From Fistulifera solaris (taxonomy: Eukaryota), in NCBI GenBank assembly GCA_030295235.1, contig AP026138.1, forward strand, positions 372,001 to 436,000: a stretch of 64,000 nucleotides of DNA, written 5' to 3'. A model generated the notes under the pieces. It worked only from the letters and a program-made list of their open reading frames with translations. It was not told where the DNA came from and ran no database searches. The first letter of the stretch is position 1; each line of letters begins with the position of its first letter. The position numbers were made by a program, and so were the translations under genes. Below are positions 1 to 11,959 of this stretch, piece by piece.

Positions 1-435
1 TTCACCTAAGAAAATTTCTGAAAATTTCTGCGTTTTGTCTCATTGGGAAAATCCGTCCTGTTTCAACGGAAATAGGAGCATCGCCAGCTCGGATGCGCAC
101 ATTGTCTTCTATCTAATTAGTAGACTATTTAACAATCCAGACTTCCGTTGAAGACGTTGTAGAATTTGTATAGTACTTTGGAACGGTAGAGTCCACGCAT
201 TGTTAGCAAATACTCCGGGGTAGTCTTTTGCCATTTTCTCACCCACAAACGACGATGAAGGACGAGATGCATTCTACCTCGAGTATATCATTCGCAAACA
301 TCATTTCAAATCCTCCGCAGCATCTGTTTCATGCAATTAACGTCTCGAATAGGCTAGTCGAAGAAAAAGTTAAGGGAAGAGATCCTGTTGTAACGGCGGT
401 GGCAAGTTTCCATTGACTTGGGTATCGCACGGACA

Positions 436-3400
436 ATGGCTTCCCGATCCTTTCAGGAGTTTTCTCGCGAGAAGTATCACTCCAACCAAGCTGCGTGGTC
501 ACCATCTTGGTTGCCGAACGCTATCGATGGAGCATCTTATGAAAAAGACTACAGAATTCGGGATCAGAAACGAACCGATCGAGGGACTCCCAGTACGGAA
601 TTTCCCGTGACGACAGAAAGAACTCGTCATGTTATTCCCAACTCCCGCCACAAAAACTATGATGCAACAATGTACGGTTCGCCTCAAAATGAATACCCCT
701 TTCTTTATAGTGATCCTGTCGATGGAGCCAGTGTGCAAACGGGGATGAGTCAACAAGAATTGCTCCGTCAGAAAGCCAGAGAGTCCAAACAACGATACAA
801 GAAATCCAAAACATCGAAAAAGCCCGTCGTACAAATCACCGGTTTTCTTTCTTCGCGGGATAAGGTAGCGACTCGATGGGATGATCTTTCGACGGCTGAC
901 ACTACCGATTCGTCGTTGCGACCCCGTACGAAAAGCAATTCCTCGTCTCCTTTGCGCGTCGTACTCGATGGCGGTGACTTGGTTCTGACGGCGAGGCAAA
1001 GTCGATTTAGACCGGAATTTACCAAGCAGGATGATGACTTTCCTTTGCTCTCTCGAAGTGCAAGTGGTTCGTTTCAAATGGATTTTCCAAGCGAATCCTT
1101 TTCGGGGAAAGGCTACGAACTGCCAAATCCTCCCTCCATTGAGCGCGAGCGCACTGCCGTTTATCGTGACGCCCGTTTCACTAAAAACTTTTCGAATAAT
1201 TGGCCAGTACTTCGGACAAGCTCTGCTGAGCTACGAAATAATCAAAGCGTCCAGAATACTTCGTCTCGTGAGTGGCTTTTGCATTCAGCAGCAGAAGAAG
1301 AAAGGGCGGAGAAGCAACATTCCAACCGATCGGTTCAATTTCGCGATGAAATAGTTCGACCTGCATCATTTGATTCTAAGAATCACTCAAGGGAAGTGCC
1401 AAAGAACTCTGACCGACAACCCAAGTCGATCCTACGCAAATCACGGTATCAGACCCAAAGTGGCGGAGTTCGAATGAGCTCGAGTCCATCTCGATTTATG
1501 ATCCGAAAACCAGCAACACCGGAACGAAAGAATGGCCAACACTTGGTCAAGTCCCCGCGGTCCACATATTCGCCGTCCGGCGTTCTTGACGAAACTCGAC
1601 GGAATTTTTTCCCTGTTTCGCAAGACTCCGAGATAAGCGGATCATCTGCACTCTCGGATGAGAGCTATCCGGACCCTCCTCTGGATAGCATCCCTGTAAG
1701 TACGCGTCGCACTCTACCAAAAATGCCAAAACATGTCACTGATTTTTCTTCATTTCCACTTCAGATTGATGACGATGAAACAACGTTCGCCTCACGGAAG
1801 GACGATTTCCTGGAAACCGTTGCCGCGATCGTTATTCAAACAAATATTAGGCGATTTCTAGCGATACGATACGTCGATAGGTTAATGGAGCAACTTGCAA
1901 ACGAGATGCATGCCAAGTACGTAAGGCTCTACAAAAATGAGCATCAGATAAATTCGGACACGGAAAATACAATCACGCCCTCAGCAAAGTCTAGGACGCA
2001 TCGCGTCCCCGCTCAGAAAATCACCAAATCGGGTAAAGCTATCTCCACAGCGCACTGATCACGACCGAAGGTTAGAGGAAAATACGCAGCAGAAAATGAC
2101 ATACGATTTGTACAATCTTGCTGCGATTCGGATCCAAGCGGCCTTTCGTGGATTCTGGGCGCGAGATTCATTGGACGTGGATCACTTTTGCGCAACTCTG
2201 ATCCAAAGATGCGTGCGCCGATATCTGTGCGAAACGAAGTATAAATATGGACATTATCATGCTTATCCTTATGCTGTTCGAATTCAGACGATGTGGCGCG
2301 GGATATTGGCAAAGCAAAACCTGCATCGATCGATAGGGGCAGCAATTCTCATTCAAGCGTACGCCAGGGGTTTTATTGAGCGCCGACTCAATCGTGGAAG
2401 GATCTTAAACACCTCGAGGGGAAATGAATCGCCGCAGTACATGAAAACTGAGACGTTAACGACGTCTAAATCTACTGGTGACTCCTGGCAGAAAGGGCTA
2501 GCCAATGACCTTTGGCAAACACGAAAAAGCAGAATGTCTGAAAGCGACAACAAGAATGGCTTTATACCACCACAAGATAATAGCTATCTCCCAAAACACC
2601 CATTCGTTCCATCGATGTCTTCTCGCGAACAACAAAATCGATCGACGAACTTCACTCATTCACGAGAGCAGAAAACCGACAATAGTATGACTAGCGAACC
2701 GTCTCAGGCCTCTCAGGGTTCTAATGTCAAAGTAGTAGCACGTCCTTATCAGCAGCCGGCTCCATCGATACCCGCCACTTACGATCGCATGACCGCTATT
2801 AAGGTAATGGCAGCAACCAAAATTCAGGCAAGATACCGCACTCATACGTGCGAAAGAAAGCTGATTCGCTCACTCGTCGATATCCTGATCGTACAAACTG
2901 TTGCTCGACGGTGGCTTGCGAGAAGACGTGTAGCTCGCCTCCGAACCTTGAGAGATCGCTGTCGAACTATTGTGGCGAATAGAGAGCCCGAATCCAATCA
3001 ATATCAACGCGCACCTACGCCTCGACTGGTCAGCCGTTCCGAATTCTTCCAGAATCGAGTGATACCCAAGGGACTCAATAGCCACCCACAGGTTGCATCT
3101 ACACAATCCGGACCGTCTTTTGACGAGGATGACTATTATCATTCTGAGAAGGAGCGAAGAGGTACTAGACGTGACTCGTCTGTGCATAGAGTGAAATCAT
3201 TTGAAGACAACAACCGACAAAGCGTTAACTACGGTCAAAGAGCAAGAGGTTCAATTATGGAGACAAGAGACTGCCCAGTCTCGTCGCAGCCTCCTCAATG
3301 GGCCAACGTATCACTTCGATCGACCAAAAGCAAAGTTTTGAATGAACGATCGCGGACACCACCCCAACTAATGGCGAGCTCAGGATCCGAGTCTCGCGTT

Positions 3401-3535
3401 TATTCGATACCATCTTACGACTCCGAAGCAACCAACGCGGCGGTACAGAATGGGAGTTCAGCGCGGAGACAAGTTGTAGTAACGCCACCCGCTCTGCTCA
3501 AGAAGAATACCGACAGACAGGTGGTGCGACGATAG
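436..3535 (+). CDS. IQ calmodulin-binding motif protein, largely disordered (one gene split by a frameshift near 2015-2020)
   Basis: IQ motifs AAIVIQTNIRRFLA, AAIRIQAAFRGFWAR, AVRIQTMWRGILA, AAILIQAYARGFI and AATKIQARYRTH. ORFs 418-2058 and 2096-3535 join into one open frame with a 1-nt correction near 'cagaaaatcacc'. Confidence 0.75.
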
Positions 3536-4023
3536 TGCTAGTAAAGCGATAATGTCAGCAATTTTTTGTTTAGAGAATGAAGCTCTTTGCTTCTCATGTA
3601 ATCGACTAACATTTGAATGTAAAGTTGCGATCTAGATGATAGATTTAACTTTTTCGAAGAAGATTTGTCGAGCTTTTGTAGCCATAGTTTTCTTGGACTC
3701 GTAAATCATAAATAAAATGATTATACCTAGTGAAATCAAGTCAATGTCTTACAGGTAACCGTATCCTATGGTAACTATCCCGCTTTCCGTTTTTCTCGTT
3801 TCGTTCATACGAGCCCTATCGCCAGACCTGTCCGTTGTGGACCAGGCCAGTCGAACTGCAGCAAAATGCGACCATGACGGATTTGTTTCGGCGGATCATT
3901 GAAAGTGACTAACAAAAACTCGTTTCGTTCTTTCATCTGTTGCCATTTACTTTCACGAATAATAACAGAATAAGGAGACGCACGCAGCAATCCAAGAGGT
4001 TCAAGAAATTGTAATAACTGGAG

Positions 4024-5619
4024 ATGAATGGTATTCAGCATGACGATGATGATCATTCAAAGCCAAGTCCGATGAATGCCGCTGATATTATTCGGACAAT
4101 AGATTCTGCTTACGCAAAGATGAGTACGAACGTATTTAGCGCGGCCCGTGATGCCGAAGAAGCACGTGAGAACGCCAGAGTAGCTTCAGCTGTTGTTCGA
4201 AGGTATGCTTCCGAATCTCGGACACCCCCAACTCCTGCCCCTCCATCGCCTCCATTACGATCCCCCATAATACATCCAACTAGTCAACAGCATAACAAGC
4301 ACCCACCACCCACAGTATTATTCGGTACAAAGAACAGACCACCGCCGCCTCCTCCACCGCCCCGAATACAACCTAACAAAATACCAATCAACGCCGACTA
4401 TATGGAGGGTCAGGGGAGTATTTCGTATGAAAATTTGTCTATTGATAAGAGACTGAACGAGTCGTCCGCTCCACGAACGCCCATTGGTAGTTATACACCG
4501 ACGGAGCGGCTGAGCAATGCCAATGCCGAAGAGATGTTAGCGCTTTCTCTCGAGTTAGAACGGACGAAGCAAATGCTCGAACACGAAAAAACAATACACG
4601 AAGATACAAAAGCGGCACTGGAGCATTCCGAAGAGAAAAATGGCAAACTGCAGAATGAAATTGACAAACTTTTAGATGAACTGGAGACACAACGGCAGAA
4701 TCATGGATTGGCGGTCGAGTCACTGGAGCGCGATCTAGAAAAGTCTCGTCGTCGGGTTCGAGCCGCCGAAGAAGATGCCGAGTTAGCGTTAGATCTGGCG
4801 AAAGGAAACTCAGAAAGTAGAGAGCAACTGGAAGCTTGGTTACAGCGAGCTTTGTATGAAATTGAAACATTAAGAGAGCGCCTTTTGTTAACTGATGACA
4901 AGCGCGAAGATATCAATGGAACAGCCCCGCCATCCCTTTCGCCAGCACTCGAAGCTTTACATCATGCACCCAAAAGTATCAAGAAGTCTCAACCCCAGCA
5001 GCGCATGGTTCGTTTTGCCGATGACGAGGACTTTTCATCAGAAATTGTTCCATCGCCCTCGAGGCCTTCACGCAAATTAGTAGCCGCTGGACGACAAATT
5101 CTGCAACGGTCTCTGGCACCTCCAACGGATGCCTCACCGGTTCATCGAGTAGTGCCTCCGGAACTTTCCGCAGATCGTTTGCGCCAGCTACGATCGCGTT
5201 TGGCAACGATGAGTGTGTCGCGACCGCTTCCTCCTCCGCCTCCAAGGCTTGGGCCGATGCGCAAGGAAGAGCTTGTTGCCAAAGTGCAAGCAATCGATGT
5301 TTGTCGCAATACTGCTCGGATATTGAGGCAGAGTGGAAGGAAATTACAATTTACAGGAAAATGCTTTGATGCTGGATTAAGTTCTGACGTAGCAGATGAC
5401 ATTCATCTGGAGACCCTGGCAAGACAATACTGCGCAGCTGCGGAGGTGAGTTGACGATATTATTGCCGTACATTCTGGATTTTTGGACCTGAGATTCTCA
5501 CCCAACTTCTTTGTTTCATAATTCAGGTATCCATCGATCAACAAAAGAAAGAAATTATAGAGTTAACATCACTTGTGTCATTATGGGAGCAAAGTTTGCC
5601 ATTAAATACAAAGTCATAA
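4024..5619 (+). CDS. Coiled-coil and proline-rich protein of unknown function (2 exons)
   Basis: 476-aa ORF with poly-Pro tracts and a long heptad region. A GT-AG intron at about 5446-5526 leads to exon 2 VSIDQQKKEIIELTSLVSLWEQSLPLNTKS*. Confidence 0.7.
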
Positions 5620-6812
5620 CATTCTTGGGAAAGGGAAATTATCTAAAGCTGCAATTTATGGCGATGAAAGTAGTGCTGGGACTTAATGTATAATAAGGGA
5701 TAGTGCGGACTAACGTGTCGTGGTGGTACATCCTTCACTTGTGGGCGGTCCCCTTCTATTAGGCGCCACGCGATTCTCATGGAGGATGGTAGGATCCATG
5801 GGTTGCCTTTGCCTTTGATAGAAACTGAAAACCTGGGATCATCGATGCATTGACAAGATAAAGTCAACAATATCAATAACGGTTCGTTAGCATCTTTGAG
5901 TCAGAATTTCGGAACTAGATTTTCTTCACATTCATAAGCAACAAACAACTAATTATGGCGTTTAAATGAGGAGGAAATGACTTACGACGCTATCTTGTTG
6001 TGGGTATGCAAACAGTAGAAGGGGTTAGTAAGACGGTAGTCACAATCAACAGGCATCGACATTCAAACGTTCATAGCCCCGAGGGAGTATCTGGGACTGA
6101 AATCATATTCAGTCGGACTTTTCTAAAGCTCAGTGCCACGTTGATGCGCTTCTTTCGGAGAAACGAAAAAGCACAAGAGATACTCAACTTGAGCAATAAA
6201 ATTGCGTCAATAGACTTAATACGTGATAATTAGCATCAATTTCTTTGTAACAATGATAAAGCCATCGTGCTTAACTATAAAGAAGTGAAATCGATTTTAA
6301 GTCGGAGTTTTGTCCACCGATACCTTATACTTTACAGCTTTATTGAATTGCGCCGGTTCTCGGAAATTGATCCCAGCAGACAATTAGAAGCAAAACACTT
6401 CGTAAAAAACGCGAGCTTCAAACATGAAAGCTGGCTACCGGTACTGTATGTCAACGACAAACAGGAATTATCGTTACATCTCTCTCCTCCGCTAAACCGA
6501 GAGTCAGACCAGAGGTATGAAGTATTGAGGCTTTACCTCTCTAGTCTAGTAATTGGTAGCTGCAGACCTAAACTAAGAACTAAGGGAACTAGGGAGAAAA
6601 AGCTTGAGCTTTCTGCGCTCTTATTTTTCGGACAAGAATGAGAAATACAAGCCTTCAGTCTTGCCCATAATTGTTTGCACTTTGCAGCACACGCCACCCT
6701 ACAGTTTGGCTGAAAAAACCAAACCAACAGAAGTCGGTCGTACCAAAGGTTGGATTTTACTATTAGCACTTGTCCGTTGAAGTCTGTTCCTCAAGAAATT
6801 TGGTACTTGTGC

Positions 6813-7002
6813 CACGTGAAACCAAGAATCCGTCGTTTTCTCCACGAACTTCAATACTGGGATGACGGAAAGCACCACGTGGTGGACTCCAAGTTGGCTC
6901 ACAATTGACAAGCGTCAGTTTCACAGTTGACGTTCTAGATAGTAACGTAAACAAAAGCGCTCGGACATTTAGTCGCGTGCTCAGCACGTGCCGCCGCATG
7001 CG
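6813..7002. promoter_or_regulatory. Cluster of CACGTG boxes upstream of the low-iron-protein gene array; putative iron-responsive elements
   Basis: CACGTG at 6813, at 6876 (inside the 12-bp palindrome CACCACGTGGTG) and at 6985 (CACGTGCC followed by GCCGCATG). These resemble CACGTG(T/C)C-type motifs reported for diatom low-iron promoters. Confidence 0.5.
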
Positions 7003-7260
7003 ACGAAGCTTCGACGGACCGTCTGTACGCCCTCCTCAGCGTCGGAAATGAACAAGATCCACGAAAAATCTTCATCGGCTTTTTTTCCGACGCGAGGATG
7101 CGCGTGTTCACGGAATGTGTTGACAGATCTTTGTTGTTGACGGAATAAATGCGTTCTCTTGTCATCAAGGTTGAACTCTTCGCACGAACTGGTGTCATAA
7201 ATTGCATTTACCTCTCGCAGGCTGCATAACTTTGACTAATTAAAACTTCAACAATCCATC

Positions 7261-8895
7261 ATGTTGTTCACCTCTGTCGCCCTTGCTGCATTGCTCGCTG
7301 GCTGCGAAGCCAAGATCGGAGCTCGTAAGCTCTCTTACCAAAAGATCTACAAGTTCACACCCAAGACGCAAGTGACGGATCATGTAAGTTTCGGCGACCT
7401 TGCTGCTCATCCATCAAACATTCTTCAGTTCGACTCATTCTTTACGTTGCGACCTTCCTCGATCAGGCTGCTATCGATTTGGATCAGCAAGAGATTGAGA
7501 CTTTGGTGACAGACCAGTTTCTTTGGTCCGCTGCTCAAGCTGTTTACGAAAATGGTGCTCATTCCAAGTCGTACGCTGAAGTCACTCTTTCGACGCCTTT
7601 GACCACCACCTTGGCAGCAGATGTCGAGATTTCGGGAGTTGCCGCTGATGGCGCTACTATCAACGGAAAGATCATGGAGGAAGCTGCCAGTGGATCGTCG
7701 GTCATCAAAGTTCAGTACGCCACTTCGGACAAGCAAGAAAGCTATGTTGGATGCCAGGTTGGAGGAAGCTCGGAGCCTGTTACTACTGGATGTAAGTTGT
7801 TGTCATTCATTTGCTCGACCTTCCTTGTAAAGATAAGTTTTTCTGACGACCGTTTCTCTGTCAGGCTTTGCCGACACGGGTTCGCTCACTGTGTCAGGAA
7901 CGACCCTCGACTACACTGCTCTCGCCAACAAGAACGCCCGAACCATCAGGGGCTTCAGTACCAACGACGCCAGACACCGTGTAGAAAGCAACCCGGATCA
8001 GGCGTACTACAAGGACATGCAAATGTTCGTCGACTACTACGGATCTTCCGACTATGCCGACAAGTGGATCATGGCTGCCCTTGCCAACGGATCCACCGGC
8101 TACTCTGGACTTGGTGAAACCAACTTCTCTACCCTCGATGACACCGGTCGAAAGGAAGCCGTTGTCAAAGGAACTGTCTTCCTTGCTATTTTCATGTACG
8201 TCATCCGCGAGCTTGAGGATGCCATCGATGACTGCGTCGTTGAGTGCGATGCCGATACCTGCAACGACGATCCCGTGCATGCATTGGATGAGGCAGTTGC
8301 TTTCTACACTGGATCCCTCCACATCACTGAAGGAACGGACGGCAACCTTCTTTTCTCTTTGGCGGAAAAGCGTTGCGAGAACTTCCTAACCTGCGAAAAC
8401 GGAGAAGCCGCTGTCAACAACAGATTGTTCGTTCTTTTCAACCGCATGCAGAACCATTTGCAACAAGGACAATGCGAGGAGGCGGCCAAAGTCGTGTCTG
8501 ATATCACCAACCTCATGTACGTCCCCATGGTCCAGGGAACTTTCCGTTACGCCTACAAGAGTGGTGAACAGGATGATCAGACCCCCAAGTCGGAGGCTGA
8601 GGGAGCTACTTTCGCCGCCGCCGTCCTCCCCAAGGTCCACAAGTGCAACGCCGCCGACGCACAACTTATTTACGACAACATGAAGGTTGGTAACACCGAG
8701 CCCGTGGACTGGCCTGCCGTCAAGAGCGCCTTCGAGCGAAACTACCGATGCATGGGTATCACTTGTGCCGATGTTGGTGGTCAGAGCGACGGAGAACTCT
8801 ACTTTGAAGGAGCCGGTCCATGCAGTTCTAGCTTCATGACCAATGCTGGCCTAGCTCTTAGTCTTGCGGCTGCCTCTCTCATGGCCTTTTTCTAA
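7261..8895 (+). CDS. Low-iron-inducible periplasmic/FEA1-like cell-surface protein, paralog 1 (signal peptide, GPI-like C-terminus)
   Basis: Introns at 7384-7466 and 7792-7864 give MLFTSVALAALLAGCEA-KIGARKL...QVTDHAAIDLDQ...LDEAVAFYTGSL...VPMVQGTFRYAY...CMGITCADVGG, ending in a hydrophobic tail. Confidence 0.75.
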
Positions 8896-9283
8896 AGCAT
8901 ATATTTGTCAATAACTAAATGTAGTAGAGAAACAGTGATTTGCTAATCTAATATTATCTTCCTTCAGCTGCATTAAAAATACACGGTTATTCGATTCAAA
9001 ATCGAAGCCATCATTATCTTGCAATGTACTATAACCCAAAGTGTAGACGACGTTTGACCACGACTGCATTTCAGTCATGAATCATGTTTAAGTCCACAAC
9101 AAATCAAGTAGGGAGTTTAAAGTAGGATGGAATGACCGTCACAGATTACATACTATGATCCTCAAAGTAAAAACTAGGTGCAAAAAAGTCATTTCACTTT
9201 CCCATCGAGCTACCATAACACATGCAACACAAAAGAAAAACGAGCAGGGAACAAAAACCTTTTGATCAAAAGGAGAAACAAAC

Positions 9284-11147
9284 ATGGCAGAGAATGATCG
9301 TGAACTCTTTTCCCTGAGTCAAGAGACTCTGGAAGTCCCTTTATATGAGCCGGCATCCAACTGGGCCAGCGCGGTGAGTCCTAACGGCTTGTTCGTCCCG
9401 AATGCTGGTCTTGTGTTTCGCTGATTTTTTCGTTCTCTCTTCAGATGACCATCGATTTAGATATCGCCAAAATGAGTGAGCTCATGGCCAAGGGAACATT
9501 CGACGACTTTATGGAAGCGAAGCAAGTGTATGAGTTCGGTGCCTTCGCGTGGCCTTATGCAGAAATGCAAATTGACGGTGGTTCGCCGGTCGAAGTGAAA
9601 AAGGAACGCCCGTGACGGGCTATACGATGCTGAATGATCCGGTTCGTGGGTATGTATTAGAGCATGTCAAGCCGCGACAAGGGAAATTCAAAATTGAATA
9701 CGACATTGACAGTTTGTCTGAGCAATCGGCGGCTTCGCAATGTTCCGTGGGAGGGAATCCCAATCCGAATTTCCGTAATTGTAAGTTATGCTGTGAAGGG
9801 ACACAGCCAGTTGCAAAGAGATTTCTAACAAGCGATATCCGCTTATGAAGGCTTTACAGAAAAAGGTGCTATTCGAGTGGATGGAATTAAGGAGCCCTTG
9901 CATTACGAATACAACAAAGAAGTGGATAACCGAAACTATCGCACCATTCAACGTTTAAGTACACTCGCGGGCTCGAAAATGAAAATGTGTGCCAACTGTC
10001 AGTATTTTCATGACTTTAAGAAAGCCAACGACTATTTTCAACTTCCGTCGTATGCAGACGCGTGGATTACAGCGGCCCTGACGGGGACATCGGTTGGGAT
10101 TCCCGAAGGAGGAAGGGGGAGGTGCTGATTTTTCAACCTTCAGTTTCAGTTCACGCGCTCGTAAGTACAGACAACTTATTTGTTGAAGTGATAAGTGGTT
10201 CTAAGAAGCAGAACTAACGATCAACAACTTCGATTAACAGACGCGGTGGAATACGCAGCATCTTACATGGCAGTAGCCCAATTTGTCCTTCGAGAGATGG
10301 AGGAAGCTTTTAATATGTGCCAGGCTGACTGCGACAATGGCACGAAGTGTTTCGAAACCGCTTTGCATCATGTAGACACGGCCGTGGCATTTTACACAGG
10401 CTCGCTCGTCCACACCAAGGGCGAAGACAAAGGGAAACTACTGTATTCTCTCGCCAATCGAATGTGCATGAAGTTCAAAACTTGCGGAAAAAACGGAAAC
10501 AGTAATTACGGTACATCCATTGTGAACAAGCAAATCTTTGAGGAGTTCCACAAATCACAACAAGCAGCATTGCATGACCATTGTCCAACTGTTCGACAAG
10601 CAAAAGAATCGATTGCTCATAAGATTAATGTTCCCCTGATTCAGGCCACCTTGGAAGCTGCGTACAAGCGCGATTCAACGTTGGGAAAGGATACGTCCCA
10701 AGAGGAAGAAGCGATTGGTGCCACCCTGGCAGCAACGGTCGAGCCGCTAGTCGCTGCTTGTAATCAAGCGGATTCACAGCTTATTTATGACAATCTCAAA
10801 ACGGGAGCCGATAGCACGTCGTTTCTCGACGTAAAAAGGGCTTTGGAAAGAAACTACAAATGTATGGGTGTCACGTGCGAGATGATCGGTGGTTTACACA
10901 ACAGCCGGACGGGGAAGCCGTACCCGGGCGCGGAAGCGTGTGTAACGCCCAGCGAAATGAAGGAAAAGCTGAAAACTCATTTGCCGTGGGCTAGTATCAC
11001 CTTCGTGCTACTTGTAGGATTCTCTTGGTGGTCCTACAAAAGATGAAAGCGAAGTGGAACGAAAGAAAGCGTCGTCTGAAGCGTATTGATGAAATGAATG
11101 ACCTTTCCGATTCAGACGACGAAGACGAGCACATGGTCTTTACCTAA
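9284..11147 (+). CDS. Low-iron-inducible/FEA1-like protein, paralog 2 (C-terminal TM; homopolymer frameshifts)
   Basis: Introns at 9374-9444, 9781-9850 and 10161-10240. Motifs TIDLD, VDTAVAFYTGSL, VPLIQATL and CMGVTCEMIGG are shared with paralog 1. Indels near 9600, 10118 and 11040. Confidence 0.7.
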
Positions 11148-11959
11148 GTCGAAATGGAGGTTCTTCTTTGTCTTGTCAAAGACGAATTTCGAACGGCACG
11201 CGTAGTGTATCATGCCTTCATAAAACATCATTGCGAATGAATTATGTTTAGGTAACGGGTTTTTCCTATACTTAACACTGCAAATAATTACTTTGATTGC
11301 AATAAAACAAATGCTAGAGTGAGTAACACGTCTCGCACATTATTTTGTCTATAGTTCGTCTCCTGGTAGCCCTAGAAATTCGATCTACTTGCTAGCTCTA
11401 GATCAATGCATGCTGGGTTACCAATGGGAATGAACCGTGCTCATTGCGCATGTCCCCAAGCCAATGCCTGTCATACCGTAAAACGCAAACTCCTTTTTTC
11501 GTTGCGTAGCTAGACCTATCACGAATCATGACACACGATGAAAACGGCAAACTGCACTCAAGACCGAAAAGTGGGGGCAATTTTGTAACAAGCGTGCGAG
11601 TCAGTCACGCCCGAATTTCTTCGTACAATCCTGTATCTCAAAGGATCGGATCGTTATTAGGAGAAAGGTATTTGTCGAACGGATTTTATTAGAGGCTCGT
11701 GTACCAGGTCACTCTTTGCGGGTTAGTTCACGGTATTGAATTGCCTAAGTAACCATAGACAAAAATTTTTTCCAACTAAGTAATTTTGGCAGACGCACCG
11801 TAATTATGGCGTCATTTGTCTGATTGGAGGGAGTATCGTCGGAAAGTATCCGGCGGAACGACTCAACAGGGAACAAAAAGAGCAACGAAATAGTTTTTCA
11901 TTTTCTTTGCACTTCTTCACCTCTTCAGCATACCTTTTTCATTCATCATTTCGTTTACC

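Noticed and set aside
5643..6770. Short ORFs in the intergenic region upstream of the low-iron array
   Set aside because: No recognisable domains, transposase motifs or terminal repeats; treated as intergenic.
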